A stretch of DNA of 64,000 bases from Methanobacteriota archaeon (GTDB lineage: Archaea > Thermoplasmatota > Thermoplasmata > SG8-5 > JAGLSY01). The notes beneath the pieces were generated by a model, which did no database searches, was not told the origin of the DNA, and saw nothing but the letters and a program-made list of their open reading frames with translations. The stretch spans positions 55,304 through 119,303 of the forward strand of contig JAEHCO010000005.1 in assembly GCA_020697715.1 (NCBI GenBank). The letters run 5' to 3'. The translations under genes and the position numbers were made by a program. Every line of letters starts with the position of its first letter. Positions within the stretch are counted from its first letter, which is position 1. This document shows positions 9,036 to 17,747 of the stretch, piece after piece.

Positions 9036-10682
9036 ATGAGTTTGATCATCCCCATATTAGCCGCGATCGCCGCGGTTGCAGGCATATTGACCAATGCGTT
9101 CATTATCGAGTCTGACAGGTCAGACTGGAATGAGGTCTTGAAAAAGGTTATGATCATCGGTCTGGTGATCGGCATAGCATTTGGAGTTTTGAACTACTTC
9201 ATAATGATCAAGACCTATGCGATCAACCTGGTCTTTGTTTTCACTTTCTTATTCATAATCGGGTTCTGGATATCATATGGATTATTTAGTTCAAAAAAGG
9301 TATTTCCAGGAATTGCCGCGATCATCGTGCTGGTCATACTTTTACTATCACCTTATGCAATGACCAAGCAATTGTATGAACTGGCAGATGTGGAGGTTGC
9401 CACTGAAAAACCCATGGTAATTGACACCTCCCATCTTAGACAGGTCAACTACGAATATGCAAAATGGAAGGCGGATAAAGTAGTGGGTGAGATGGGAAAT
9501 AGAGTGATGATCGGAGAATTGGAGATCATTCTTTTCCAGGGGAGATTGACATGGGTCTGTCCCCTCATACACAGAGGCATTTTCAAGCAATGGGAATATG
9601 ATATCACACCCGGATATATCCTGGTGGATGGAGAGGATCCCACCAAAGAAGCTATACTTGTGGATGATTATGATATCGATTATTCCTACGAAAATGAATT
9701 CTTCAGCGAGTACATGCACAGGATAGTTTACAATGAATATCCAGACCATAATCAATATTGGTCCTTCGAGATCGATGAAACGGGAGCGCCATGGGTCATC
9801 GTCACACTCAGCCAGCCCACAGTCTCATACCGTGGAGATGTGGCAGATACTGTAGTGGTCGTGTCTCCCCTGAACAAGACCATGACAAGCTATCCATTTG
9901 GATCGCAACCTGATTGGATAGACAATGCATTCCCGGAGGAGCTGGCGGAGAAATATTGTGAGTGGTGGGGAAGCTACAAGCATGGCTTCTGGAACACCCT
10001 TGTTACTGAGAAGGATGTTAAGAGACCGACTGCGAAGAACAATGCCTATTCCCAGGATGGTGCAGGTTATTTCGGCACCGATGTTTACATGATAGTCGGA
10101 AAAGACAATCAATCTTACTGGTTCACGGATTTCACATCACCAGCCAGCTCGGATCAGAGCATGGTGGGTTACGCTTTGATAAATACACAGACCGGTAAAA
10201 TGAACTTCTATGAAGTTACTGGACTTCTCAATGGGGATGCCGCAATGGAAGCCGCGACCGCGAAAGTGACCAATTTTGTAGGTTGGTATGCGACACAACC
10301 CATATTCCTGATAATTGATGGAAATGAGACCTGGTTCACCCCGATCCATTCTGGAACGAACATATTGCAGAAGGTGGCACTGGTCCAAGCTCTTGATGGG
10401 AAGGTCATAATGGGTGACACCCTGGAAGAAGTTCTGGCACAGTTCGATTTTGATAACATTGTTCCAGCAGACGTCAATTCAACAATAATCACCTTGAATG
10501 GTACTGTGAATGACATTCACTCATATGTTGTGGATGGAGAAACTGAATGGTATCTGGATATCAATGGAACCGTGGTATACGCTTACTCCAACACCCAGCC
10601 TTTCCTGATCAATGTGGGGAACCATGTGACCGTCGAATACCAGGTGACTGACAACAGGAATATCATGGTAAGTTGGGATTGA
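9036..10682 (+). CDS. Membrane-anchored hypothetical protein (4 N-terminal TM segments, large extracytoplasmic domain)
   Basis: 548-aa ORF with RBS AAGGAAGG, hydrophobic N-terminal ~110 aa and a beta-rich C-terminus. No family recognised with confidence. Confidence 0.75.
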   Translation: MSLIIPILAAIAAVAGILTNAFIIESDRSDWNEVLKKVMIIGLVIGIAFGVLNYFIMIKTYAINLVFVFTFLFIIGFWISYGLFSSKKVFPGIAAIIVLVILLLSPYAMTKQLYELADVEVATEKPMVIDTSHLRQVNYEYAKWKADKVVGEMGNRVMIGELEIILFQGRLTWVCPLIHRGIFKQWEYDITPGYILVDGEDPTKEAILVDDYDIDYSYENEFFSEYMHRIVYNEYPDHNQYWSFEIDETGAPWVIVTLSQPTVSYRGDVADTVVVVSPLNKTMTSYPFGSQPDWIDNAFPEELAEKYCEWWGSYKHGFWNTLVTEKDVKRPTAKNNAYSQDGAGYFGTDVYMIVGKDNQSYWFTDFTSPASSDQSMVGYALINTQTGKMNFYEVTGLLNGDAAMEAATAKVTNFVGWYATQPIFLIIDGNETWFTPIHSGTNILQKVALVQALDGKVIMGDTLEEVLAQFDFDNIVPADVNSTIITLNGTVNDIHSYVVDGETEWYLDINGTVVYAYSNTQPFLINVGNHVTVEYQVTDNRNIMVSWD

Positions 10683-10761
10683 TCGAATTACCAGTTAGTT
10701 CGATAATTCGAAGGCGAACAGAGCTGTCTATTCAGTTACCAGCTCATTCAGATATGGTAGA

Positions 10762-13700
10762 TCAATTCAGCCCTATCAATTCATTCCTGGCCTTCTCTTC
10801 CCATGCCGTCATATCCATGGTTCTGAACATGTCACAGGCCTGATCCAGATATTCCCTGGCCTTTCCTGGATCGCCCATGTCCTTCAGAAGAAGAGCGTGC
10901 TCGTATAGGAGGAATGCGATCTCGATCTTTTCACCCACATCCTGAAGGATCGTCCTGGCCTTTTCAAATTCCACACTGGCCTTGTCCATATCTCCCTTTT
11001 TTCTGTGGATCATACCAAGGGTGCGGAGGCACATTCCTTCTTCCCTCTTCAAGCAAGTTTGAATAGAGGTCTCCAGAGCCTCTGCACCATGACTGGAAGC
11101 CTCATCCATTCTTCCGAGCATCATACTGGCCTCGGCCAATCCACATCGGATCTGGATGATGTGGCGTTTGTCTCCCAGCCCCTTATAGATCTCAAGGCAT
11201 TTATCAAAATATTCCTCGGCATGGTCTGGAGAATTACTGGCCATGTGAAGGAGTGCGATATTATACAGTGATTCTGCAATTCCATGTTTGTCCTTAATAT
11301 TCTCACGGATCTCCAATCCCCTGGTCTGATACTCCAAGGCGATGTCCATATCCCCTCTGTTCATATGCACCAATCCGATATTGCTAAGAGATAGGCCAGT
11401 ACCTTGTTGGTCCCCCATAGCTTCCATGATCTCCAGGCTGCTTTCATAATTCTGCAATGCCTTGCCCATATCGCCCCTGTCCCAGTTAAGATTTCCTAGA
11501 TTTATGAGTGAGAAGGCTATACCGCGCTTGTCCATTACCTTCTCCCTTATCTCCAGACTTCGAGTTTGGCATTCCAGAACAAGGTCCAGGTCTCCTCTTC
11601 TACGATGGATTATACCTATATTGTTAAGCGCGGAGGCTATTCCTGGCAGATTTCCTATCTCCTCCATCAATGCCAGGCTTTTCTCCGAGTATTCAAAAGC
11701 CAGGTCATTCTCACCCTGGCTTATGTAGATATTTCCAACCATTCTGAGAGCATTGGCACTGTCCTTCTTGGCTCCCTCCACATTTTCAAAGGTATCGTAT
11801 GCTCTTTTGAAACGATCCATGGCATCATCATAGGCACCTTTCCTCCAGAAGGCCGAGCCTTCACCAACCAGTATCCTTCCCAATTCCATGGGATTCGTAT
11901 CACTGGCCAGCTCTCTTGCTTGACCAAATAATTCCAGAGATCTGTCGAAATCACCCTTCTTCTCATAGGTCTCACCCGTGCGCCTGAGTATCCGGGTTTG
12001 AATGTCAATGGACTCACCGCCTTCTATGATCCCAGATAGCAGGGTGAGGTTGAGAAGTGCTTCATCATAATCCCCGATCTGTATCTGGATGTCAGCCAAA
12101 CTCTCCAGAATAGAGGGCTTTTCACTATCCTCTATAAATTCCAGAGCATTATTGAATGAGCGTATGGCCTCTTCATTGGCATATCTATCCCGGTACCTAT
12201 TCGCAGCCAGGATGAGATAATGGCCAGCTCTTTTATCTCCAGCCTTTGAGAAATGATAGGCCAGAGGATCGAGAATATCGCCCAATTCATCCTCTCCCAG
12301 ATCCATCATCGCCTCCCCCACCATCAAATGATATTCACTTCTCAGCTCAGTACCGATGCCAGTGTATAGCACATCCCTGATCTTAGCATGATCAAAGATA
12401 TATTTGTCATCAAGATAATTGATAAGGCGATGATTATTCTCTATCTCCCTGAGCGACTTCAGAAGCTTGATACGGTTCAGTTCAAGGGTCCTTCCAACCA
12501 CTACCGATCTGAACTCATTACCGATGACACTAGCACATTCCAGAACATCCATCTGATCCGCCCCCAGCCTATCCAGACGTCGTTTTATAACATCATAGAC
12601 CTTGGATGGAATATCAAGATCCTCCAATGATCTGGTTATCTCCCATTTCCCTTCCTCATTCTGGGCAATGGTACCATCTCCCACCAGAAGCCGGGTTACC
12701 TCAAGAACAAAAAATGGGGTTCCTTCAGTCTCTTTGAATATTCGAGCCAGCAATTCTTTTTCCAGGTGCACCTTACCCAAGGCGGATATTATCATTTCCT
12801 CGGTCTCATTAGATCCCAGTCTTTTCAGCTCGATCCTATTGAATAATGATTCACGGCTCATATTCTGCATCGTGGTTTCCAGATGATGTGGCCTTCCATC
12901 ATCTGTTGCGATGATATCTTCCGGGCGGTAAGTGCCGACCATGAGGACCTTCGATTGCCGGGTGTTTCGAGCCAGATAATGAATCAGGTTGAGAGTCGTA
13001 GGATCCGCCCACTGGAGATCGTCAAAGAATATCAGCAATGGAATATCCATTGCTGTTCTTTGAATTCCCAAGAGTACATTATCAAAGAGATTCTCTTGTT
13101 TTATCTTGGCATCATCAACAAGGAATCTACCATCATATTTTCCAGACCCAGTCAGATCTGCTAACCGGGGAATGAGTGCATCTGCTTCACTCATATTGCC
13201 ACCCCAATTCATCAGAGCCTTTGAAGAATCTTCCAATACACTTCTCATATCGTCTATAAGGAACTCGCTCTCATTCCCCTCGATAACAGCAGCCAGTGAT
13301 ATCTCTCCCAATGATTGGACGAGTATCTTGTATCTGTCATAACCCAATGAACTAAGACCAGCGCCTTTGCCCTTGCCCATCATGGAAAGGGAATCCTGCA
13401 CGAAATCACCGACCGCCTTCAGCATTGATGCAAATATGTCCGGGTCCAGCTCTGTTTCCTCACGTTCGACCTTGGCGACCAGCATACCGGCCTTATTGAT
13501 AAGATATAATGATACCAAAAATGGTGGAGGTGCATCGGACATGACATGGAGTATGTCCAATTCCTTCAATACGGATTTCACAGGCATCAATGGTTCCTGG
13601 CTTTCAGCCAGACACCAGCCTTGGGCGATCTGGATTTCATTTTTTCCAGCCTCTTTAAAAAGCTCATTGACCAGCCTTGTCTTTCCAATACCAGCCTCTC

Positions 13701-13842
13701 CGGATATCAGAACAGTGGATCCATCACCTTCAAGCGACTTCATGAGAGCCTGTGTGAGCTGTGCCAGTTCATTGTGACGGCCTATAAGCTCAGGCTGATT
13801 CAAGGTTGGTCCTTCCATGTAATCATAGAATACCTCGGTCAT
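10762..13842 (-). CDS. STAND-class (AAA_16-like) ATPase with C-terminal TPR array and an inserted longin/roadblock-like domain
   Basis: LIGRHNEL, Walker A GEAGIGKT, Walker B LIFFDDLQWAD, GTPFFVLE and FDHAKIRDVLY motifs, followed by many ~40-aa TPR repeats (ASALNNIGIIH, AFSLINLGNLN). Confidence 0.88.
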   Translation of the reverse strand: MTEVFYDYMEGPTLNQPELIGRHNELAQLTQALMKSLEGDGSTVLISGEAGIGKTRLVNELFKEAGKNEIQIAQGWCLAESQEPLMPVKSVLKELDILHVMSDAPPPFLVSLYLINKAGMLVAKVEREETELDPDIFASMLKAVGDFVQDSLSMMGKGKGAGLSSLGYDRYKILVQSLGEISLAAVIEGNESEFLIDDMRSVLEDSSKALMNWGGNMSEADALIPRLADLTGSGKYDGRFLVDDAKIKQENLFDNVLLGIQRTAMDIPLLIFFDDLQWADPTTLNLIHYLARNTRQSKVLMVGTYRPEDIIATDDGRPHHLETTMQNMSRESLFNRIELKRLGSNETEEMIISALGKVHLEKELLARIFKETEGTPFFVLEVTRLLVGDGTIAQNEEGKWEITRSLEDLDIPSKVYDVIKRRLDRLGADQMDVLECASVIGNEFRSVVVGRTLELNRIKLLKSLREIENNHRLINYLDDKYIFDHAKIRDVLYTGIGTELRSEYHLMVGEAMMDLGEDELGDILDPLAYHFSKAGDKRAGHYLILAANRYRDRYANEEAIRSFNNALEFIEDSEKPSILESLADIQIQIGDYDEALLNLTLLSGIIEGGESIDIQTRILRRTGETYEKKGDFDRSLELFGQARELASDTNPMELGRILVGEGSAFWRKGAYDDAMDRFKRAYDTFENVEGAKKDSANALRMVGNIYISQGENDLAFEYSEKSLALMEEIGNLPGIASALNNIGIIHRRRGDLDLVLECQTRSLEIREKVMDKRGIAFSLINLGNLNWDRGDMGKALQNYESSLEIMEAMGDQQGTGLSLSNIGLVHMNRGDMDIALEYQTRGLEIRENIKDKHGIAESLYNIALLHMASNSPDHAEEYFDKCLEIYKGLGDKRHIIQIRCGLAEASMMLGRMDEASSHGAEALETSIQTCLKREEGMCLRTLGMIHRKKGDMDKASVEFEKARTILQDVGEKIEIAFLLYEHALLLKDMGDPGKAREYLDQACDMFRTMDMTAWEEKARNELIGLN

Positions 13843-13958
13843 AAATATAATTTGTTAAGTTCATCAATAAGAATTATCCAGACCTATAACTATATATATT
13901 ACCCATTATTTTATCAGCCTTTACATATAATATTTAACGAACACATCCAGAGGAGTTA

Positions 13959-14109
13959 GTATGCGAGAACATAGTGATTGCATACAGAGCTTCAAAAAAT
14001 TGAAGCTTTGAATGCATGAATGAATTCGCGCATACTAAACCTCTACATTGAATGTGTGAACTTGTTTCGCACATTCAAAAACTCGAACGAAGTGAGAGAT
14101 TCAATATGG
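13959..14109. repeat. Cluster of REP-like short palindromes in the glnA leader
   Basis: Hairpins GTATGCGA-gaacatagtga-TTGCATAC, AGCTTCAA-aaaa-TTGAAGCT, TTGAATGTGTGAA-cttgt-TTCGCACATTCAA and CTC-gaacgaagtga-GAG. Related sequence at 26326-26396 and 55044-55076. Confidence 0.6.
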
Positions 14110-14120
14110 AGAGGTTAAAA

Positions 14121-15548
14121 ATGACGACCAAAGAGCAGGCAAATGAGATATTGAAAAAAGAGAATGTCAAATGGGTGGAGGTCCAGTTCAGCGATGTCTT
14201 CGGCAGGAACAGATGTGTCTTCCTTCCTGTACGCAAGTTCGTGGATGGCCACGCATGGGAGCGCGGCGTGAATTTCGATGGGTCTTCCATCGGGTTCCTG
14301 GCCACGGATGACAGTGACATGAATGCCTATCCAGATCCAAATACCTTGATGATCCTACCTTTTGAAGATTCTCCAGGTGAAAAGACCGCCATCGTCATAT
14401 GCGACATAAGGGATGTGAATACGAAACAAAACTTTCCTGGCGATCCGAGAAGCATTGCGAAGAACTCAGAAAGAGTTCTTGGCGAGCGTGGTTTTGATGG
14501 CGTAAATATTCTATCCGAGATGGAATTCTTCGTTTTCAAATCCATGGAGGCCGCCCAGATAGAGAATGATGTCTGGGGTATGGATTCCAATATAGGTGGA
14601 GGAAGCCTCAAGGTCATTCCAACCCACATCAAGCCATTGGTGGATCATGATTATATCATCAAGCCCAAGCAGGGTTATTTCCTCGCCCCTCCAGAAGATA
14701 GAGTGGCGGGATATCGTCACCAGCTTTCAAACCTCATGGAGGAATTTGGATTCCCTGTCAAGTACCATCATCATGAAAATGGTAATGGCCAGCATGAGAT
14801 AGAATTTGAATTCATAGAAGGAGTCACAAAGCCCGCGGATGCCTGCGTGATCTTCAAGCAGATGTCCAGATTATTGTCACAGGACAGAGGATTCGTTCCA
14901 ACTTTCATGCCAAAGCCGCTTTTCGCGGACCTGGGCAGTGGCCAGCATGCGCATCAATACCTTACAAAAGATGGAAAGAATGCATTTTTCGATGCGGATG
15001 ATCCCGATCATTTATCCCAGATAGGCAGGTACTATATCGGTGGAATATTGGAATATGCCAGTGATATGGCCGCGATCACCAATCCGATCACGAATTCCTA
15101 CAAGAGATTGATACCAGAATTTGAAGCTCCAGTCTTCAAATCATGGTCCTTCAGGAACCGCACTGCCCTGATAAGAGTGGCAGCACCCACTCACAAGGCC
15201 CATATCGATGTGGAGCCAAGACAGGCAGACCCCACATGCAATCCGTATCTCGCATATTCCCTATTCATCCATGCTGGACTTGAGGGGATCAAGAAGAAGA
15301 TCGATCCTGGCGAGCCAGTTATCGGCGATGTGACCAAGCTTTCAAAGAGGGAGATGAAGGAGAAGGGAATAGAGATCCTGCCAACAACCCTCGAGAACGC
15401 ACTGGAATTCATGGAGACATCGGATTTCGTGAAGGGCATTTTGGGCCAGAACTTATTCGACCACTACCTTGAAAAGAAACATGAGGAACTATTCGCCAAG
15501 AGGATCTATGTGTCTCCTTGGGAACATTACATGTACTTCAATAGTTGA
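14121..15548 (+). CDS. glnA: Glutamine synthetase type I
   Basis: FDGSSIGF, HHENGNGQHEI, TFMPKP..GSGQH, NSYKRL..FEAP, NRTALIRV and DPTCNPYLA motifs. ATG 14121 follows RBS GAGGT (track start 14052; in-frame ATG also at 14106). Confidence 0.88.
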   Translation: MTTKEQANEILKKENVKWVEVQFSDVFGRNRCVFLPVRKFVDGHAWERGVNFDGSSIGFLATDDSDMNAYPDPNTLMILPFEDSPGEKTAIVICDIRDVNTKQNFPGDPRSIAKNSERVLGERGFDGVNILSEMEFFVFKSMEAAQIENDVWGMDSNIGGGSLKVIPTHIKPLVDHDYIIKPKQGYFLAPPEDRVAGYRHQLSNLMEEFGFPVKYHHHENGNGQHEIEFEFIEGVTKPADACVIFKQMSRLLSQDRGFVPTFMPKPLFADLGSGQHAHQYLTKDGKNAFFDADDPDHLSQIGRYYIGGILEYASDMAAITNPITNSYKRLIPEFEAPVFKSWSFRNRTALIRVAAPTHKAHIDVEPRQADPTCNPYLAYSLFIHAGLEGIKKKIDPGEPVIGDVTKLSKREMKEKGIEILPTTLENALEFMETSDFVKGILGQNLFDHYLEKKHEELFAKRIYVSPWEHYMYFNS

Positions 15549-15578
15549 TGATCATGTATCACATGTACTTCAATAGTT
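15529..15578 (+). repeat. 18-bp direct repeat duplicating the 3' end of glnA
   Basis: ACATGTACTTCAATAGTT at 15529-15546 and 15561-15578. Confidence 0.9.
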
Positions 15579-15603
15579 AGGCAATTATAAAGTATTATTT
15601 TTG

Positions 15604-15631
15604 TTGCTGGCATTGAGCCCAATGCCAGCAA
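15604..15631. terminator. Hairpin downstream of glnA
   Basis: Perfect 12-bp stem TTGCTGGCATTG-agcc-CAATGCCAGCAA. Confidence 0.6.
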
Positions 15632-15759
15632 TATAGCATTTATCATAATACAATAATTCCCATGATCAGTGCACCTTTTCATTCGATATATTTACTTTGG
15701 GAATTCCCATGGATATCCCAAGATATCCTTAATATCTCAACCGTCAATATTAATATTAC

Positions 15760-16683
15760 ATGAAAAAAAATTCAAGTAGTCAAAACAGGGAAATGCTAAG
15801 GGAGCTGAAGATAAAGATAATCGGTGTCATACTCGCCATAATACTGGTGGTCATCATCGTAATACCATTATCCATGCTCGTGAACGTACCCGCGGGCTAC
15901 AAAGCCGTGGTGGTAAAAGGATTCGGGGTCGGCCATGTCTTCGACGAAGGCTGGAATATGAAGAATCCACTGTCGTCTGTGGACTTTGTCAGATACAATA
16001 CACAGAGGGTGGAGTTCATCGGGGCATCATACGGAGAGGACAATGTAGGGAACATCGTTGTCAACAGCAAGGACAATGTCGCGATCTTCATGGACTTCCA
16101 GGTGGTCTTCCATCTTGAAGAAGCCTATGTGAGCGAGATAAGAGTTCAAAATGGTGACTTCGAGGAGACCATCATCGTGCCAATATGCAGATCGGTCCCC
16201 CGAGATGTGTGTGCGAAGTTCGAGGCCCTGGAGATCAGGGGTGACAGTCGTGACCTTGTGGCAGCAGCCATAGAGCGGAACATAACAGCGAAATTCGCTA
16301 CCAAGCACATAATCATGGAGGAGTTCGCCCTACAGGAGATCTCATTGCCAGTCGAATATGAATCTGCCATAAACGAGAAGAAAGTGGCGGAGCAGAAGGT
16401 CATAACCGAGCAATACAATCTGGACGCGCAAGAATACATCGCTGAGAGAGACATAATAGATGCTCTGGCTCAAGCCAATGTGACCATCATAGACGCGGAT
16501 GCGAAGGCAACTGCCGTGGGAATAATCATGGACCAGTTCAATGTGACCAATGAGGCAGAGGCCGCGAGCATCTACCTTCAGTGGTTGTACATAAGGGCCC
16601 TCACAGATGAGGACACGAATATCGAGTACATAATGGGAGACAATCCCTTCATACTGGACCTTGGCGATGGATCATCCCCATAA
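15760..16683 (+). CDS. SPFH/Band 7/prohibitin family membrane protein
   Basis: N-terminal TM, VPAGYKAVV, EGWNMKNP, SKDNV, and coiled-coil YESAINEKKVAEQ. Confidence 0.9.
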   Translation: MKKNSSSQNREMLRELKIKIIGVILAIILVVIIVIPLSMLVNVPAGYKAVVVKGFGVGHVFDEGWNMKNPLSSVDFVRYNTQRVEFIGASYGEDNVGNIVVNSKDNVAIFMDFQVVFHLEEAYVSEIRVQNGDFEETIIVPICRSVPRDVCAKFEALEIRGDSRDLVAAAIERNITAKFATKHIIMEEFALQEISLPVEYESAINEKKVAEQKVITEQYNLDAQEYIAERDIIDALAQANVTIIDADAKATAVGIIMDQFNVTNEAEAASIYLQWLYIRALTDEDTNIEYIMGDNPFILDLGDGSSP

Positions 16684-16703
16684 TGAAAGGGAGAAAACAT
16701 CAA

Positions 16704-16726
16704 TGCCCAGCACAAAAAGCTGGGCA
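16704..16726. terminator. Hairpin plus T-tract after the SPFH gene, between convergent genes
   Basis: TGCCCAGC-acaaaaa-GCTGGGCA followed by aactttaatttttt. Confidence 0.6.
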
Positions 16727-16798
16727 AACTTTAATTTTTTAATTAAAAGATCATAATATATTGATCATAAACTTACATTTGATAATCATCAAAAATGA

Positions 16799-17158
16799 TC
16801 AGCCAATGCCCTCGATACCCCTTTCGAGAACATCTTCTCTCATTATGAGCTTCATCTCCCACCTGGCATACCTCATTGCTTTCACCTGCATGATATCCCA
16901 TAGTGAAGAAGATTCATCAAAATTCATATCATGATCCTCTTCAAGCACTTTTGGTAGTGGTGGGACTGGAGGTATCTCACCACCAGAATCGAGGAATTCC
17001 TTTTCCCGCCTGGCAAGGTCCGATTCCCACTGGACAAGCTCTTCTTCCTTGAGCTTGAACTTCGCGGTCTCGTCCTCCATTATCCCCCAGACTGGGCGGA
17101 GACTGTTGGAGTCCTCATTTTCAATGTCTTGATTTGTCTGATCTTCATCGGGTGTCAT
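16799..17158 (-). CDS. Hypothetical acidic protein with an apparent internal duplication
   Basis: 119-aa ORF with RBS GAGG. Two similar helical segments (VWGIMED..EEELVQWESDL and LWDIMQV..EMKLIMREDVL). Confidence 0.6.
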   Translation of the reverse strand: MTPDEDQTNQDIENEDSNSLRPVWGIMEDETAKFKLKEEELVQWESDLARREKEFLDSGGEIPPVPPLPKVLEEDHDMNFDESSSLWDIMQVKAMRYARWEMKLIMREDVLERGIEGIG

Positions 17159-17217
17159 GGGTTTGCCTCACAACCAGGATATATTACTGGCACATAATAT
17201 TTTTGAAAGATGAACTT

Positions 17218-17613
17218 CTACTTCTTTGTTAAGTAATTGGTCAATGCCTTCTTCAGAGTGTCCGCCGAGAGTTTGGCACAATGATGATGATCCTCCGGGA
17301 GGTCACCCAGCTCTTTGATCACATCCTGGTCGGATATCTCAATAGCCTGGCCAATATCCTTTCCCTTGGCCATCTGGGTCGTGATGCTTCCGCAGGCGAT
17401 CGTGGTACCACATCCATCCGTGTAGAACTGAACATCCTCGATGATATTGCCCTTGGCCTTGACATAGAATTCCATGGTGTCTCCGCATGAGCCAGTTATT
17501 TCTCCGAAGCCATCCGGATCACTCATCCTTCCGACATTCTGCGGGTCGTAGGATTCCTTTATGAACTTCTCGGTGTTCTTTCTCTTCAGCTCCGCATCAT
17601 TGTCCAATATCAT
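17218..17613 (-). CDS. iscU: IscU/NifU-like Fe-S cluster scaffold protein
   Basis: GSCGDTM, FYTDGCGTTIACGS and LPEDHHHCAKL carry the three conserved Cys. Start taken at ATG 17613 rather than the track's 17706. Confidence 0.88.
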   Translation of the reverse strand: MILDNDAELKRKNTEKFIKESYDPQNVGRMSDPDGFGEITGSCGDTMEFYVKAKGNIIEDVQFYTDGCGTTIACGSITTQMAKGKDIGQAIEISDQDVIKELGDLPEDHHHCAKLSADTLKKALTNYLTKK

Positions 17614-17747
17614 CGAACCTGAAATAGTAACTGGCCTTATTAAATTTACTCTATATTTGGTGAGATAATATATGTAAAAATCAAAGCCCAGCATATGTCC
17701 ATTCATATCTCTTAAATACCCTCAAGCACTACTGGTCGAAGGAGATC

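Noticed and set aside
15300-15360. GlnE-type adenylylation of this GlnA as the target of the nearby NTase
   Set aside because: The segment equivalent to the NLYDL adenylylation loop reads GDVTKL, so the acceptor Tyr is absent.
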